In this document: in pieces, positions 24,141-32,316 of the stretch
Position numbering within the stretch: the stretch's first letter is position 1
How the letters are laid out: every line of letters begins with the position of its first letter
Origin: Bacteroidota bacterium
GTDB taxonomy: Bacteria > Bacteroidota > Bacteroidia > NS11-12g > UBA9320
Assembly (NCBI GenBank): GCA_024645005.1
Contig: JAHEGS010000013.1
Coordinates: 1 to 53,506, forward strand
Reading direction: 5' to 3'
Length of the DNA stretch: 53,506 bases
Notes under the pieces: generated by a model
Database searches by the model: none
What the model was told of the DNA's origin: nothing
The model's input: the letters and a program-made list of their open reading frames with translations, nothing else
Position numbers and translations under genes: made by a program

Positions 24141-25544
24141 ATGAACATGGATCGCAATGAATATTTTGAGGATGGCATGGAAGAAAAAGCCAAAAACTTT
24201 GAGCAAATGCTCCAAAGTGGCGAAAGTTTTTTCTATGACAACGACGAATTGAGTCGTCTTATTGATTATTATCTAGACTTTGATCAGCTCAAAAAAGCGA
24301 ATCGTGCAATTGCTTTTGGTGAGCAACTATTCCCTTTCGAAAGTTACTATCAAATTAAAAAGTCGGAACTCTACATTGCCCAACGAAACATCAATGCTGC
24401 AATCAAATTGCTGGAAAAATACCGTCAAATTGAACCTCAAAATGGTGAAATAGCTAAATTACTTGGCGACTGCTATACTTTAAGCCTACAATACAAACGT
24501 GCTCTCGAAATGTACCTATTTGCACATAGTATTGATGCCAATGATGAAGAAATTTTAATTCGTCTGATTCGAATAAACTTTGTGCTTGGTAAAGATAAAA
24601 AAGCCATGTCTTACCTCAATGTAATTTCAATGGATTTCCTAAAAGACGAATTGAGCATCCAAGAACTCACCAAACTATTTATTGATATTAATCAATATTC
24701 ACATGCGAAAACCTACCTTCAAAAAGTAATTGATGCAGATCCCTACAATTACAGTGCATGGTATTTCATGGGTTTAATTCACCAAAGACAAGATCAGAAT
24801 AAAGAAGCGATTGATGCCTATGAATACTGTATTGCCATAGACGACCATAATACCATGGGGCATCTAGGCAAGGGAAATTGCTTGATGGAACTTGGGAACT
24901 ACCCAGAAGCGATTGAATCGTTAAAATTGTCACTTGACAACGATGAAACGGATGCTGAAGTTCTCTGTAACATTGCAGAATGCTACGAGAATCTGAAAGA
25001 TGATAATGCTGCTAAATATCACTATCAAAAATCGTTAAAAATCAATCCGAATCTATCAGATGCATACTTTGGAATAGCCTGTATCTATAAGCGAAATAAT
25101 CAGTGGAAGGATGCCGAGAGAAACTTACTTAAAGCCATCGATATTGATCGATATGAAGTAATTTATAACATTGAATTAGCAGAACTCTTTTTAATTCAAG
25201 AAAATAAAGAGAAGTGCTATCATTACTACCACCAAGCACAGCAAATAGATCAAGATACCATCGAAATTCTTTTAGACTATGCCCATGCTAAATTTGAACT
25301 CGGCGATTTGGAAGATGCCGTTCAACTTTTAATGGACCACATTGAGTACCATGATAAAGATGCTAGAATTTTCTACCGAATAGCCTCTTATACGTTCACA
25401 CTGGGACAATTTGAAAAAGGATATAATTTTCTACACGCTGCTTTAAAGCTAAATCCAAAAGAGTATATTCTATTGTATGAGTTCGCACCATTTTTAGAAA
25501 ACAACCAAAACATCACTAACATCATCGATATATACATCAACTAA
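24141..25544 (+). CDS. tetratricopeptide-repeat protein
   Basis: Repeated 34-aa A/Y/L-patterned helices throughout (for example AWYFMGLIHQRQDQNKEAIDAYEYCIAID). Start moved to ATG 24141 because an exact -7 box (24119-24126) lies inside the TTG-initiated track ORF. Confidence 0.75.
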   Translation: MNMDRNEYFEDGMEEKAKNFEQMLQSGESFFYDNDELSRLIDYYLDFDQLKKANRAIAFGEQLFPFESYYQIKKSELYIAQRNINAAIKLLEKYRQIEPQNGEIAKLLGDCYTLSLQYKRALEMYLFAHSIDANDEEILIRLIRINFVLGKDKKAMSYLNVISMDFLKDELSIQELTKLFIDINQYSHAKTYLQKVIDADPYNYSAWYFMGLIHQRQDQNKEAIDAYEYCIAIDDHNTMGHLGKGNCLMELGNYPEAIESLKLSLDNDETDAEVLCNIAECYENLKDDNAAKYHYQKSLKINPNLSDAYFGIACIYKRNNQWKDAERNLLKAIDIDRYEVIYNIELAELFLIQENKEKCYHYYHQAQQIDQDTIEILLDYAHAKFELGDLEDAVQLLMDHIEYHDKDARIFYRIASYTFTLGQFEKGYNFLHAALKLNPKEYILLYEFAPFLENNQNITNIIDIYIN

Positions 25545-25549
25545 AACTT

Positions 25550-26314
25550 ATGATAAACCCCGATTTTAACCTCAAAAATATTCCTGATCGTCCGTCCAAA
25601 CCCAGAGAAAGTGGTCTCACCATGGTCATGGACAAAGGGCTAAGCTGCAGACAAGCAGAAGATTTCTTGGAAGTTGCCGCCGATAAGACAGACATCATCA
25701 AACTGGGATTCGGAACAAGCACCGTAACTCCATCACTCACTAGAAAACTCGAAATATACCAAGAAGCCAACATCCCTGTGTATTTTGGTGGAACCTTGTT
25801 TGAGGCTTATGTAATCCGTAATCAATTTGACGACTACAAACGACTACTCAACAAATACAACATTACTCATGCTGAAGTATCCGATGGTAGCATGGAAATT
25901 AGTGAAGATCAAAAATGTGAATACATCAGTACACTTGCCAAAGATTTTACAGTTTTGAGTGAAGTAGGTAGTAAAGATGCAGAAAAAATTATTCCACCCT
26001 ACAAATGGATTGCCATGATGAAAGCTGAAATAGCTGCAGGTGCTTGGAAAGTCATAGCCGAAGCTCGTGAAAGTGGAACTGTAGGTATATTTCGGAATTC
26101 TGGCGAAATACGATCTGGTCTTATTGAAGAAATTCTACAGCATATCCCATTGGACACTATTCTTTGGGAAGCTCCTCAAAAAGTTCAGCAGGTATGGTTT
26201 TTAACGCTATACGGTCACAATGTCAACCTAGGTAATATTGCCCCTCATGAAATAATTCCACTTGAAACTTTAAGACTGGGATTAAGAGGAGATACATTCA
26301 ACCACTGGCTGTAG
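25550..26314 (+). CDS. comA: (2R)-phospho-3-sulfolactate synthase (ComA family)
   Basis: Collinear with archaeal ComA as I remember it: GLTMVMDKGL, IKLGFGTS, YFGGTLFE, AEVSDGS, LSEVGSK, EARESG, WEAPQK.QQ, NLGNIAP.E...LETLR.GLRGDTF. Confidence 0.9.
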   Translation: MINPDFNLKNIPDRPSKPRESGLTMVMDKGLSCRQAEDFLEVAADKTDIIKLGFGTSTVTPSLTRKLEIYQEANIPVYFGGTLFEAYVIRNQFDDYKRLLNKYNITHAEVSDGSMEISEDQKCEYISTLAKDFTVLSEVGSKDAEKIIPPYKWIAMMKAEIAAGAWKVIAEARESGTVGIFRNSGEIRSGLIEEILQHIPLDTILWEAPQKVQQVWFLTLYGHNVNLGNIAPHEIIPLETLRLGLRGDTFNHWL

Positions 26315-26327
26315 AAATCATAGCATT

Positions 26328-26756
26328 TTACTCCACAATTGCACGTCTAATCAGGGTGAAGTCAATAGGCGTAGACTCATTGTCATCTGGGCCTTTATAA
26401 GCTAATGAAACCATGTATGTGCCGCTTGATGGCACTCTAAATTGAAGTTGATTGGTCTTGCTTTGGTCACCCTCTCCCGCAATTGGTTTCATTTGAATAT
26501 CATAAACACTGACGTACGTTTCTATTCCTGATTCGTTAATATTCAAGCTGAAGATATAATCATATCCTTTTTCAGCTGGAAATTCGTACTGATAAGTACT
26601 TTTATTTTTTAATTCCAATTGCTGTGACCTCACATATTTCCATTGAACATTTGGATTTATATCCAACACCTGTGCATTTAGTGATTGAACACAACACATC
26701 AACCCAAAGAATAAAATCAAAAAAAGCCTTGATTTTAAATTAATGATTTGACTCAT
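26328..26756 (-). CDS. hypothetical secreted protein
   Basis: 142 aa with signal peptide (LFLILFFGLMCCVQSLNAQ) and a beta-strand-rich mature part; no recognisable family. Confidence 0.55.
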   Translation of the reverse strand: MSQIINLKSRLFLILFFGLMCCVQSLNAQVLDINPNVQWKYVRSQQLELKNKSTYQYEFPAEKGYDYIFSLNINESGIETYVSVYDIQMKPIAGEGDQSKTNQLQFRVPSSGTYMVSLAYKGPDDNESTPIDFTLIRRAIVE

Positions 26757-26883
26757 CCTTTTTTACCTTGTTTTTAAGACGATTAAGTTGTTCCAAACGT
26801 TGTCTAAAATCTTCACAAATAGCAAATATATCATGAGTGTACTGACTGAACTGATTATTAACAAACTCCTGATTATTCATCAT
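26740..26883 (-). CDS. possible 47-aa small protein (below the track cutoff)
   Basis: Reverse-strand ATG ORF MMNNQEFVNNQFSQYTHDIFAICEDFRQRLEQLNRLKNKVKKDESNH. It starts 22 nt after the DUF2520 gene stop and overlaps the next gene start by 17 nt, which fits operon packing. Confidence 0.25.
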   Translation of the reverse strand: MMNNQEFVNNQFSQYTHDIFAICEDFRQRLEQLNRLKNKVKKDESNH

Positions 26884-26905
26884 TTGCTAAAGATAACTGA
26901 AAATT

Positions 26906-27670
26906 TCAATTTGACTTGATGTAGTCGCTTAATTGTTTATAAATTTCCTTTAGCTTTTGATCTTCCAACATATCCATGTGCTTCTGCATAATCGCTAAAT
27001 CACCTCGCTTTGCTGGGCCTGTTTGCCAGTTTACAGGATCATTCTCAGTTAATCGATTAGCCGTTTCTTTTATAATTGGTATTAAGTTTTGAAAGTCCAA
27101 TGACTCATCCTCTAAATATTTATGTGATAGGGTATACATTAGATTAGTAAAGTTATTTGCAAATACAGCAGCTAAATGATATTTCTCTCGCTCTGCAGAA
27201 GTAACCTCACTAATTTTATTTGAAATCGTATCCGCTAAGTTCATCAAATCCTCTCTCACATTAACGGAATTTCCCTCAATAAAAATCGGGACATCCATAA
27301 AGTCAATGTATTTTTCCTTTCTTAGACTTTGCAGTGGATAAAAAACACCATAGTTTAGGGCATAACCTGAAATTACATCCATGGATACAGGACCTGAGGT
27401 ATGGCATATAGTAGATTTTAGACCTTTGGGTAACTCCTCTAAAACATTAAAATAAGATTCATCGTTTACACATATAAATATGAAATCTGCATTAAAGTCT
27501 ACCGATGAAATCGCATTCCCATAATACGACCCGAAACGATTTGCCAATTGTTTGGCTCGCTCTGTATTAGAACTAATGACCTGAAGGATATCATGTCCTG
27601 CACGATCAAATGCATGAGCAAGATTAGTGGCTACGTGACCACTGCCTATGAATGAAATTTTATGTCCCAC
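26906..27670 (-). CDS. Rossmann-fold / DUF2520 domain protein (predicted NAD(P)-dependent oxidoreductase-like)
   Basis: N-terminal ISFIGSGHVATNLAHAF dinucleotide-binding motif and a C-terminal helical domain ending ...GPAKRGD, as in DUF2520 proteins. The GTG start overlaps the ccmF stop by 11 nt. Confidence 0.7.
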   Translation of the reverse strand: MGHKISFIGSGHVATNLAHAFDRAGHDILQVISSNTERAKQLANRFGSYYGNAISSVDFNADFIFICVNDESYFNVLEELPKGLKSTICHTSGPVSMDVISGYALNYGVFYPLQSLRKEKYIDFMDVPIFIEGNSVNVREDLMNLADTISNKISEVTSAEREKYHLAAVFANNFTNLMYTLSHKYLEDESLDFQNLIPIIKETANRLTENDPVNWQTGPAKRGDLAIMQKHMDMLEDQKLKEIYKQLSDYIKSN

Positions 27671-30161
27671 GTTTAAGCTCTAATCTATTCCAAGTAGCTA
27701 TTCCAAAACCGATAACCATCAATATAGTTCCTAGCCAAAGTAAGTTAATGTATGGAAAAACAATTCCTTTCATTACAATAAATTTAGGTTGAGGTGTCGT
27801 CTCAGCTATTTCAAGTATAGCCTCAGGCTGATTATTTTCGGTTGGTCTAATTTCAAATCCGAATCGCAATCCAGCTTCTGCAACTTCCTCTCTAATACTA
27901 AAATAGGTATTGGAATTTATGCCAAAAATGGGAGCCGCAGATAGCTCGTTATTCCCTTGTTTTATAGTTAGTAAAGCCTTAGCCAAAGTCGTATTCTTGA
28001 GCCCAATTGATTTCCCATCACTCTGCTCTACTCCCGTAAAAATAACAGTACCATTGTTGGTCTGAATACTATCACCCTTTTTTATAGGATACTCTTTGAT
28101 GTTTTTCCAATCTATGCTATCCGTAAGTGGTTTAGGCAATGATGTAATATGAGTGTAAACATCATAAGTTAAATAGTGACGTGTATCAGGATTGGGAAGG
28201 ATTCCTCCCATATCTTCATTAATCTGCGTGTTTGGTAATAATGTAAATGATTCTTCACCGTCAATAGATTGATAGTTCACTTTAAAATAAATATCTTCTC
28301 CACTCACACTATCTCCCTGATAGGTGACCATGTAATCTCCTAAACGAGTAGGCTCATTTTTGATTAATAGCATGTTTTCTCTTCGTGCTTTTTCGTCAAA
28401 ATTTCCCATTTGACCACTAAAGTCTGCAGTAATCACTTGTTTCTTTGCACTTGAAACCAAAACACCCAACAACATCAACCCAAACCCAATATGAGCTATA
28501 GATGACCCTGACAATTGAATTGATCGTACATATAAAATGATATAAGCCAAATTACCCACAAGAGCATAAAACCCAGCAAACATGAGCACGACAAACATGG
28601 GGTTAGAGATCTCAAATAGAAATATCCCCCCAAAGGTAAGAACAACTGAAATCAGTAAACTAACAACAATCTCTTTAATCAACTTTTGTGTATTTGGTGT
28701 GTTCTTGTATCTAAAAAATTGGGTAATTGCCATGAGTATTGCAATTACAATAGCTATGGGCATTTGGTACATATTATAATATCCAACAACATCTTCAGGG
28801 GGAACCATATTTGTACCAAAAATTTTATTGAATACCGGTTTTGAAGTGCCTACCAAGACCTGCAAAGCAGATAGAACCAACATTAATGATCCAATGAACA
28901 TCCAAAATTCTCTTCCTAAAATATTGTCCTCACTAGCATGATTATTAATATTTTTATTGAGGTTCAAGACAAACCACGCTAATCCCAATAAGGATAAAAT
29001 TAGTAAAGGATAAAAACTGATTTTAGTATAAAATGGAAGCACCAATACTAATATGCTAACCGGTATAATGATATACCATCTCTTTGCTGCACTCTCCGTA
29101 ACAGCAATAATGGGGAGCCAAATAAACAATACCACAAACTGCATCAGTTGTCCAGCTAAACCTAAATCGGTAAATGAATGAACAGAGGTTTCACCGAGAA
29201 CACCACTTCGAGTAAGGAATGTGGCGTATAGTACCATTATATAGGATGAAATAACCAAGGTGTATGAGGCTATCGTTGAACTGTTTGTTACCTTCTTAAT
29301 TAACATCAAGTGAATCCCTGAAATTAATAACAACCACGGAACAAGGGAGGCATTTTCTACAGGATCCCAAGCCCAATAACCCCCAAAGCTCAGTGATTCA
29401 TATGCCCAAAATCCACCCATAATGATACCTGCTCCTAATATCATTCCACCAGCTAAAGCCCATGGCAAAGCAGGTTTTATCCAAGCTCTATATTCTTTTT
29501 GGAATAAGGATGTCACAGCAAAAGCAAACGGAACAATCGTCAATGCAAAACCCAAAAACAATGTTGGGGGGTGAATCACCATCCAATAATTTTGTAATAG
29601 TGGATTAAGACCTGTTCCATCTATCAAATTATCCAAATAATTTGGCATTGAGAATAGAGGTGCCTGCATCTTATCTCTCAGTAACTCAAATGGACTACTC
29701 CCCAGTTTATATATTCCAACTACATCAACCCCTAATATCATAGCCGTTAACACCACTTGTGATAGGGCCATTATAGCCACTACACCACGCTCCCATTTTT
29801 TAGCGGTAAAAATTAATACGATACCTAGAAGGGCATTCCACACCATCCAAAGCAAAAAACTCCCTTCTTGACCCTCCCAAAAACAAGATACCATATAGCG
29901 TAATGGTAGCGAATTACTACTATGCTCATAGGCATAGGCATACTCATAATAATGACCTTGAATAATAACAAAAAGTGTAGTAAATACACCTAAAACAGAA
30001 AGTGTATGGGTAACAAAAAAGGCCCTACCTAGACTGCGATTTGCTGAAGATTTTGTATAAAAAACAGCACTTAATAAAGCACTAATAAAAGCAACAACTA
30101 CAAAAAAATGTCCTAGGTTACCGAGAATTAAATTTTCTCCAACAAATGTTATCGATTGCAT
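27660..30161 (-). CDS. ccmF: cytochrome c heme lyase/maturation protein CcmF-like
   Basis: 833 aa, polytopic. N-terminal ...FWEGQEGSFLLWMVW and the WWD motif GGYWAWDPVENASLVPWL. Large periplasmic domain before the last TM helix. Confidence 0.85.
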   Translation of the reverse strand: MQSITFVGENLILGNLGHFFVVVAFISALLSAVFYTKSSANRSLGRAFFVTHTLSVLGVFTTLFVIIQGHYYEYAYAYEHSSNSLPLRYMVSCFWEGQEGSFLLWMVWNALLGIVLIFTAKKWERGVVAIMALSQVVLTAMILGVDVVGIYKLGSSPFELLRDKMQAPLFSMPNYLDNLIDGTGLNPLLQNYWMVIHPPTLFLGFALTIVPFAFAVTSLFQKEYRAWIKPALPWALAGGMILGAGIIMGGFWAYESLSFGGYWAWDPVENASLVPWLLLISGIHLMLIKKVTNSSTIASYTLVISSYIMVLYATFLTRSGVLGETSVHSFTDLGLAGQLMQFVVLFIWLPIIAVTESAAKRWYIIIPVSILVLVLPFYTKISFYPLLILSLLGLAWFVLNLNKNINNHASEDNILGREFWMFIGSLMLVLSALQVLVGTSKPVFNKIFGTNMVPPEDVVGYYNMYQMPIAIVIAILMAITQFFRYKNTPNTQKLIKEIVVSLLISVVLTFGGIFLFEISNPMFVVLMFAGFYALVGNLAYIILYVRSIQLSGSSIAHIGFGLMLLGVLVSSAKKQVITADFSGQMGNFDEKARRENMLLIKNEPTRLGDYMVTYQGDSVSGEDIYFKVNYQSIDGEESFTLLPNTQINEDMGGILPNPDTRHYLTYDVYTHITSLPKPLTDSIDWKNIKEYPIKKGDSIQTNNGTVIFTGVEQSDGKSIGLKNTTLAKALLTIKQGNNELSAAPIFGINSNTYFSIREEVAEAGLRFGFEIRPTENNQPEAILEIAETTPQPKFIVMKGIVFPYINLLWLGTILMVIGFGIATWNRLELKRGT

Positions 30162-30167
30162 ACACTA

Positions 30168-30566
30168 TTAAGACGATTGGACAGAGTTATTGTTTTGTTC
30201 ATCCTTGTACTTTGATGGACATTTAGGCATAACTTTAGATGCTCGAAATACTTCACCATCTGAACGACCATACATATTAACCGTCTCTGCTCGTTCAAAG
30301 TCTTGTTGCTTTGGGTTTGTAGAAACAACCTTACGAATGTCCCCATTTTTGTCTTTCAGATAAAAACTAAAATAATTGGGATCAATATGTGGATCATACT
30401 CCATCGGTTTATCTTTAATTAAAAAACCCGTGATATGATAAGTCTCACTTGGATTTGCATCTGCTTCTTTAAATGTTGAGCTCTTTTCAGCACCAGAATA
30501 GGTACTCATGATAGCCGCAATTGCAACAGCTAGCATAATTAAAAGTATGATAACTTTAGGCTTCAT
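30168..30566 (-). CDS. ccmE: cytochrome c maturation heme chaperone CcmE (CxxxY variant)
   Basis: N-terminal TM anchor, an OB-fold-sized periplasmic domain, and C-terminal ...KVMPKCPSKYKDE where canonical CcmE has HxxxY. Confidence 0.8.
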   Translation of the reverse strand: MKPKVIILLIMLAVAIAAIMSTYSGAEKSSTFKEADANPSETYHITGFLIKDKPMEYDPHIDPNYFSFYLKDKNGDIRKVVSTNPKQQDFERAETVNMYGRSDGEVFRASKVMPKCPSKYKDEQNNNSVQSS

Positions 30567-30762
30567 TTTGATTCTTTTCTAGTTTAGAAATCTTTCGATC
30601 TAATCGAATTAAATATCCTACTATCAGCAAAAAAATAATTAAAAGGATAGCTACTACCACATAGATTTTTTGATTTTGATAAAAGAATTCATCCAATGAC
30701 ATTGAATTCTCTGCCAATGCAGACAAACTAAACAACATGATAATCCAACTATATTTCCTCAT
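30556..30762 (-). CDS. ccmD: CcmD-family small membrane protein
   Basis: 68 aa; KIYVVVAILLIIFLLIVGYLIRLDRKISKLE matches the Bacteroidetes CcmD-like helix plus basic tail. Overlaps ccmC and ccmE. Confidence 0.6.
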   Translation of the reverse strand: MRKYSWIIMLFSLSALAENSMSLDEFFYQNQKIYVVVAILLIIFLLIVGYLIRLDRKISKLEKNQNEA

Positions 30763-31417
30763 ATTTTCTTTTAATTTCTGTAAGTCTATATTTCAATGTG
30801 GCTATCCAAACACCAAGTAATATCCACCCTATGCTTGCAAGATAAAAAACCTTACGCAAGTTATTATCCAAATCCAAAGAACTAAATCCTATCGTATCAC
30901 CACTAGCTGGATGTAGGCTGGTCTCTGCCATTCTGGGATAAATAATAATCAGAACAATATAAATCGGGAATGCAAAAAGGTTATAAACAGCTGAAATCTT
31001 TGCTCGTTGAACATCATCTTCAAGACTGTTTCTTAAAATATAGTATGCCAAATAAATGAGCATTCCGATTGCAGCTCCATTAAGTTTTGCATCTTCAACC
31101 CACCAAGTCCCCCATGTAAATCTAGCCCAAAAGGAACCTGTAACCAAACCCATTAAGCCAAACACCATACTCACCTTAATAAAACTTCCAGATAAGTTAT
31201 CAAGTCTTAAATCTCCCTTGGAAAGATACTTAATGCTATATACATAGGACGTTGTCAATAAGATGATCATCGTAAACCACATCGGAACGTGATAATATAA
31301 ATTGCGAATAGTTTTCGCAAGTATCCCGATATCATCTGGAGCAGGCATAAGAAATCCGCCCACTATAGCATATGCTACACACACGATTGACAATATTTTC
31401 CACCAAGATTTTCTCAC
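30749..31417 (-). CDS. ccmC: heme exporter/handling protein CcmC
   Basis: 222 aa, 6 TM helices, tryptophan-rich loop FTWGTWWVEDAKLNG (WWD-type). GTG start. Confidence 0.8.
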   Translation of the reverse strand: MRKSWWKILSIVCVAYAIVGGFLMPAPDDIGILAKTIRNLYYHVPMWFTMIILLTTSYVYSIKYLSKGDLRLDNLSGSFIKVSMVFGLMGLVTGSFWARFTWGTWWVEDAKLNGAAIGMLIYLAYYILRNSLEDDVQRAKISAVYNLFAFPIYIVLIIIYPRMAETSLHPASGDTIGFSSLDLDNNLRKVFYLASIGWILLGVWIATLKYRLTEIKRKYEEI

Positions 31418-31431
31418 GCTAAAACGTTATA

Positions 31432-31439
31432 CAAAGTTA
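31432..31439 (-). promoter_or_regulatory. -7 promoter box TAACTTTG for the ccmCDEF operon
   Basis: Reverse strand exact TAnnTTTG, 14 nt upstream of the ccmC GTG start (31417). Confidence 0.45.
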
Positions 31440-31501
31440 GTTTTTTTAAAACAAATATGCCTCGATTATTGAAAGTATAAATGTTAAATCGGATGTGATT
31501 G

Positions 31502-31711
31502 TTAATCAAATTTTCCATCCCGCTTTTTCTCTATAAAATCCTTACGTCTCAACATAAAGTAGCGAAAAAACGCGAATAAAGTAAGGGCTGAAAAAAGATA
31601 TACCGTATTCATATCCTTATTTTCTGAAGTATAGCTGCTGTAGGCTTCAAAAAAGCAAACCGCTCCAACTATCATCCATATAATCTGTAAAATTCGAGGC
31701 AATCTTTTCAT
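31502..31711 (-). CDS. small two-TM membrane protein, hypothetical
   Basis: 69 aa with two hydrophobic helices and a basic C-terminus; 18 nt downstream of lptC. Confidence 0.45.
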   Translation of the reverse strand: MKRLPRILQIIWMIVGAVCFFEAYSSYTSENKDMNTVYLFSALTLFAFFRYFMLRRKDFIEKKRDGKFD

Positions 31712-31729
31712 AATTCAAATATACACTTG

Positions 31730-32308
31730 CTACTCAGTTGATTCATCTTCATCTAAGAAGACAACCCCAGTAACTCGAGAAAACTTATAATTCAAAAAGC
31801 TCTCATCACTTTCAAACCCTTCAGCCGAAATAATTTTTTCGTCCCTAATTCTCACACGAACAGGTTTTTTTGATGTTACTCTCCTTGCTTTCTTATCCCA
31901 AATTAATTCATCGGATTTAATTTCCTCATCGTTACGATTAACCACTCGAACACTATCTCTAATTTCTATTTTATCCTCCTTTTCATAATGCATTGCATAT
32001 TTAGAATTTAAGGTACTTGTGGTATCACCCATAAAATCATAGAACACCGCTGAAACGCCATTAGGCATCTCCATACGAGGATTTTTTTTATCAGGAAATC
32101 GCTTTAATATTGGTGCTTTAATCGTTGCCCGCAAAATGGCAGAATCCGTGTAAGTAATATAAACATTCTCGGCTACCTCCACACTCAAACTATCCAATTG
32201 CTGATTAATTTGCGATAGTTCATCAGCTGAGTGATTTGGCTTACAACCAAACAAAAAAGCGATAGCTAGTACGGCTATCGCTTTTTGTATATGGTTTAAT
32301 AAGCTCAT
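31730..32308 (-). CDS. lptC: LPS export system periplasmic protein LptC (lipoprotein form)
   Basis: 192 aa. Lipobox LFGC and a beta-jellyroll-like repeat pattern (...ELIWDKKARRVTSKKPVRVRIRDEKIISAEGFESDESF...) typical of Bacteroidetes LptC. Confidence 0.6.
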   Translation of the reverse strand: MSLLNHIQKAIAVLAIAFLFGCKPNHSADELSQINQQLDSLSVEVAENVYITYTDSAILRATIKAPILKRFPDKKNPRMEMPNGVSAVFYDFMGDTTSTLNSKYAMHYEKEDKIEIRDSVRVVNRNDEEIKSDELIWDKKARRVTSKKPVRVRIRDEKIISAEGFESDESFLNYKFSRVTGVVFLDEDESTE

Positions 32309-32316
32309 TAAGATGT

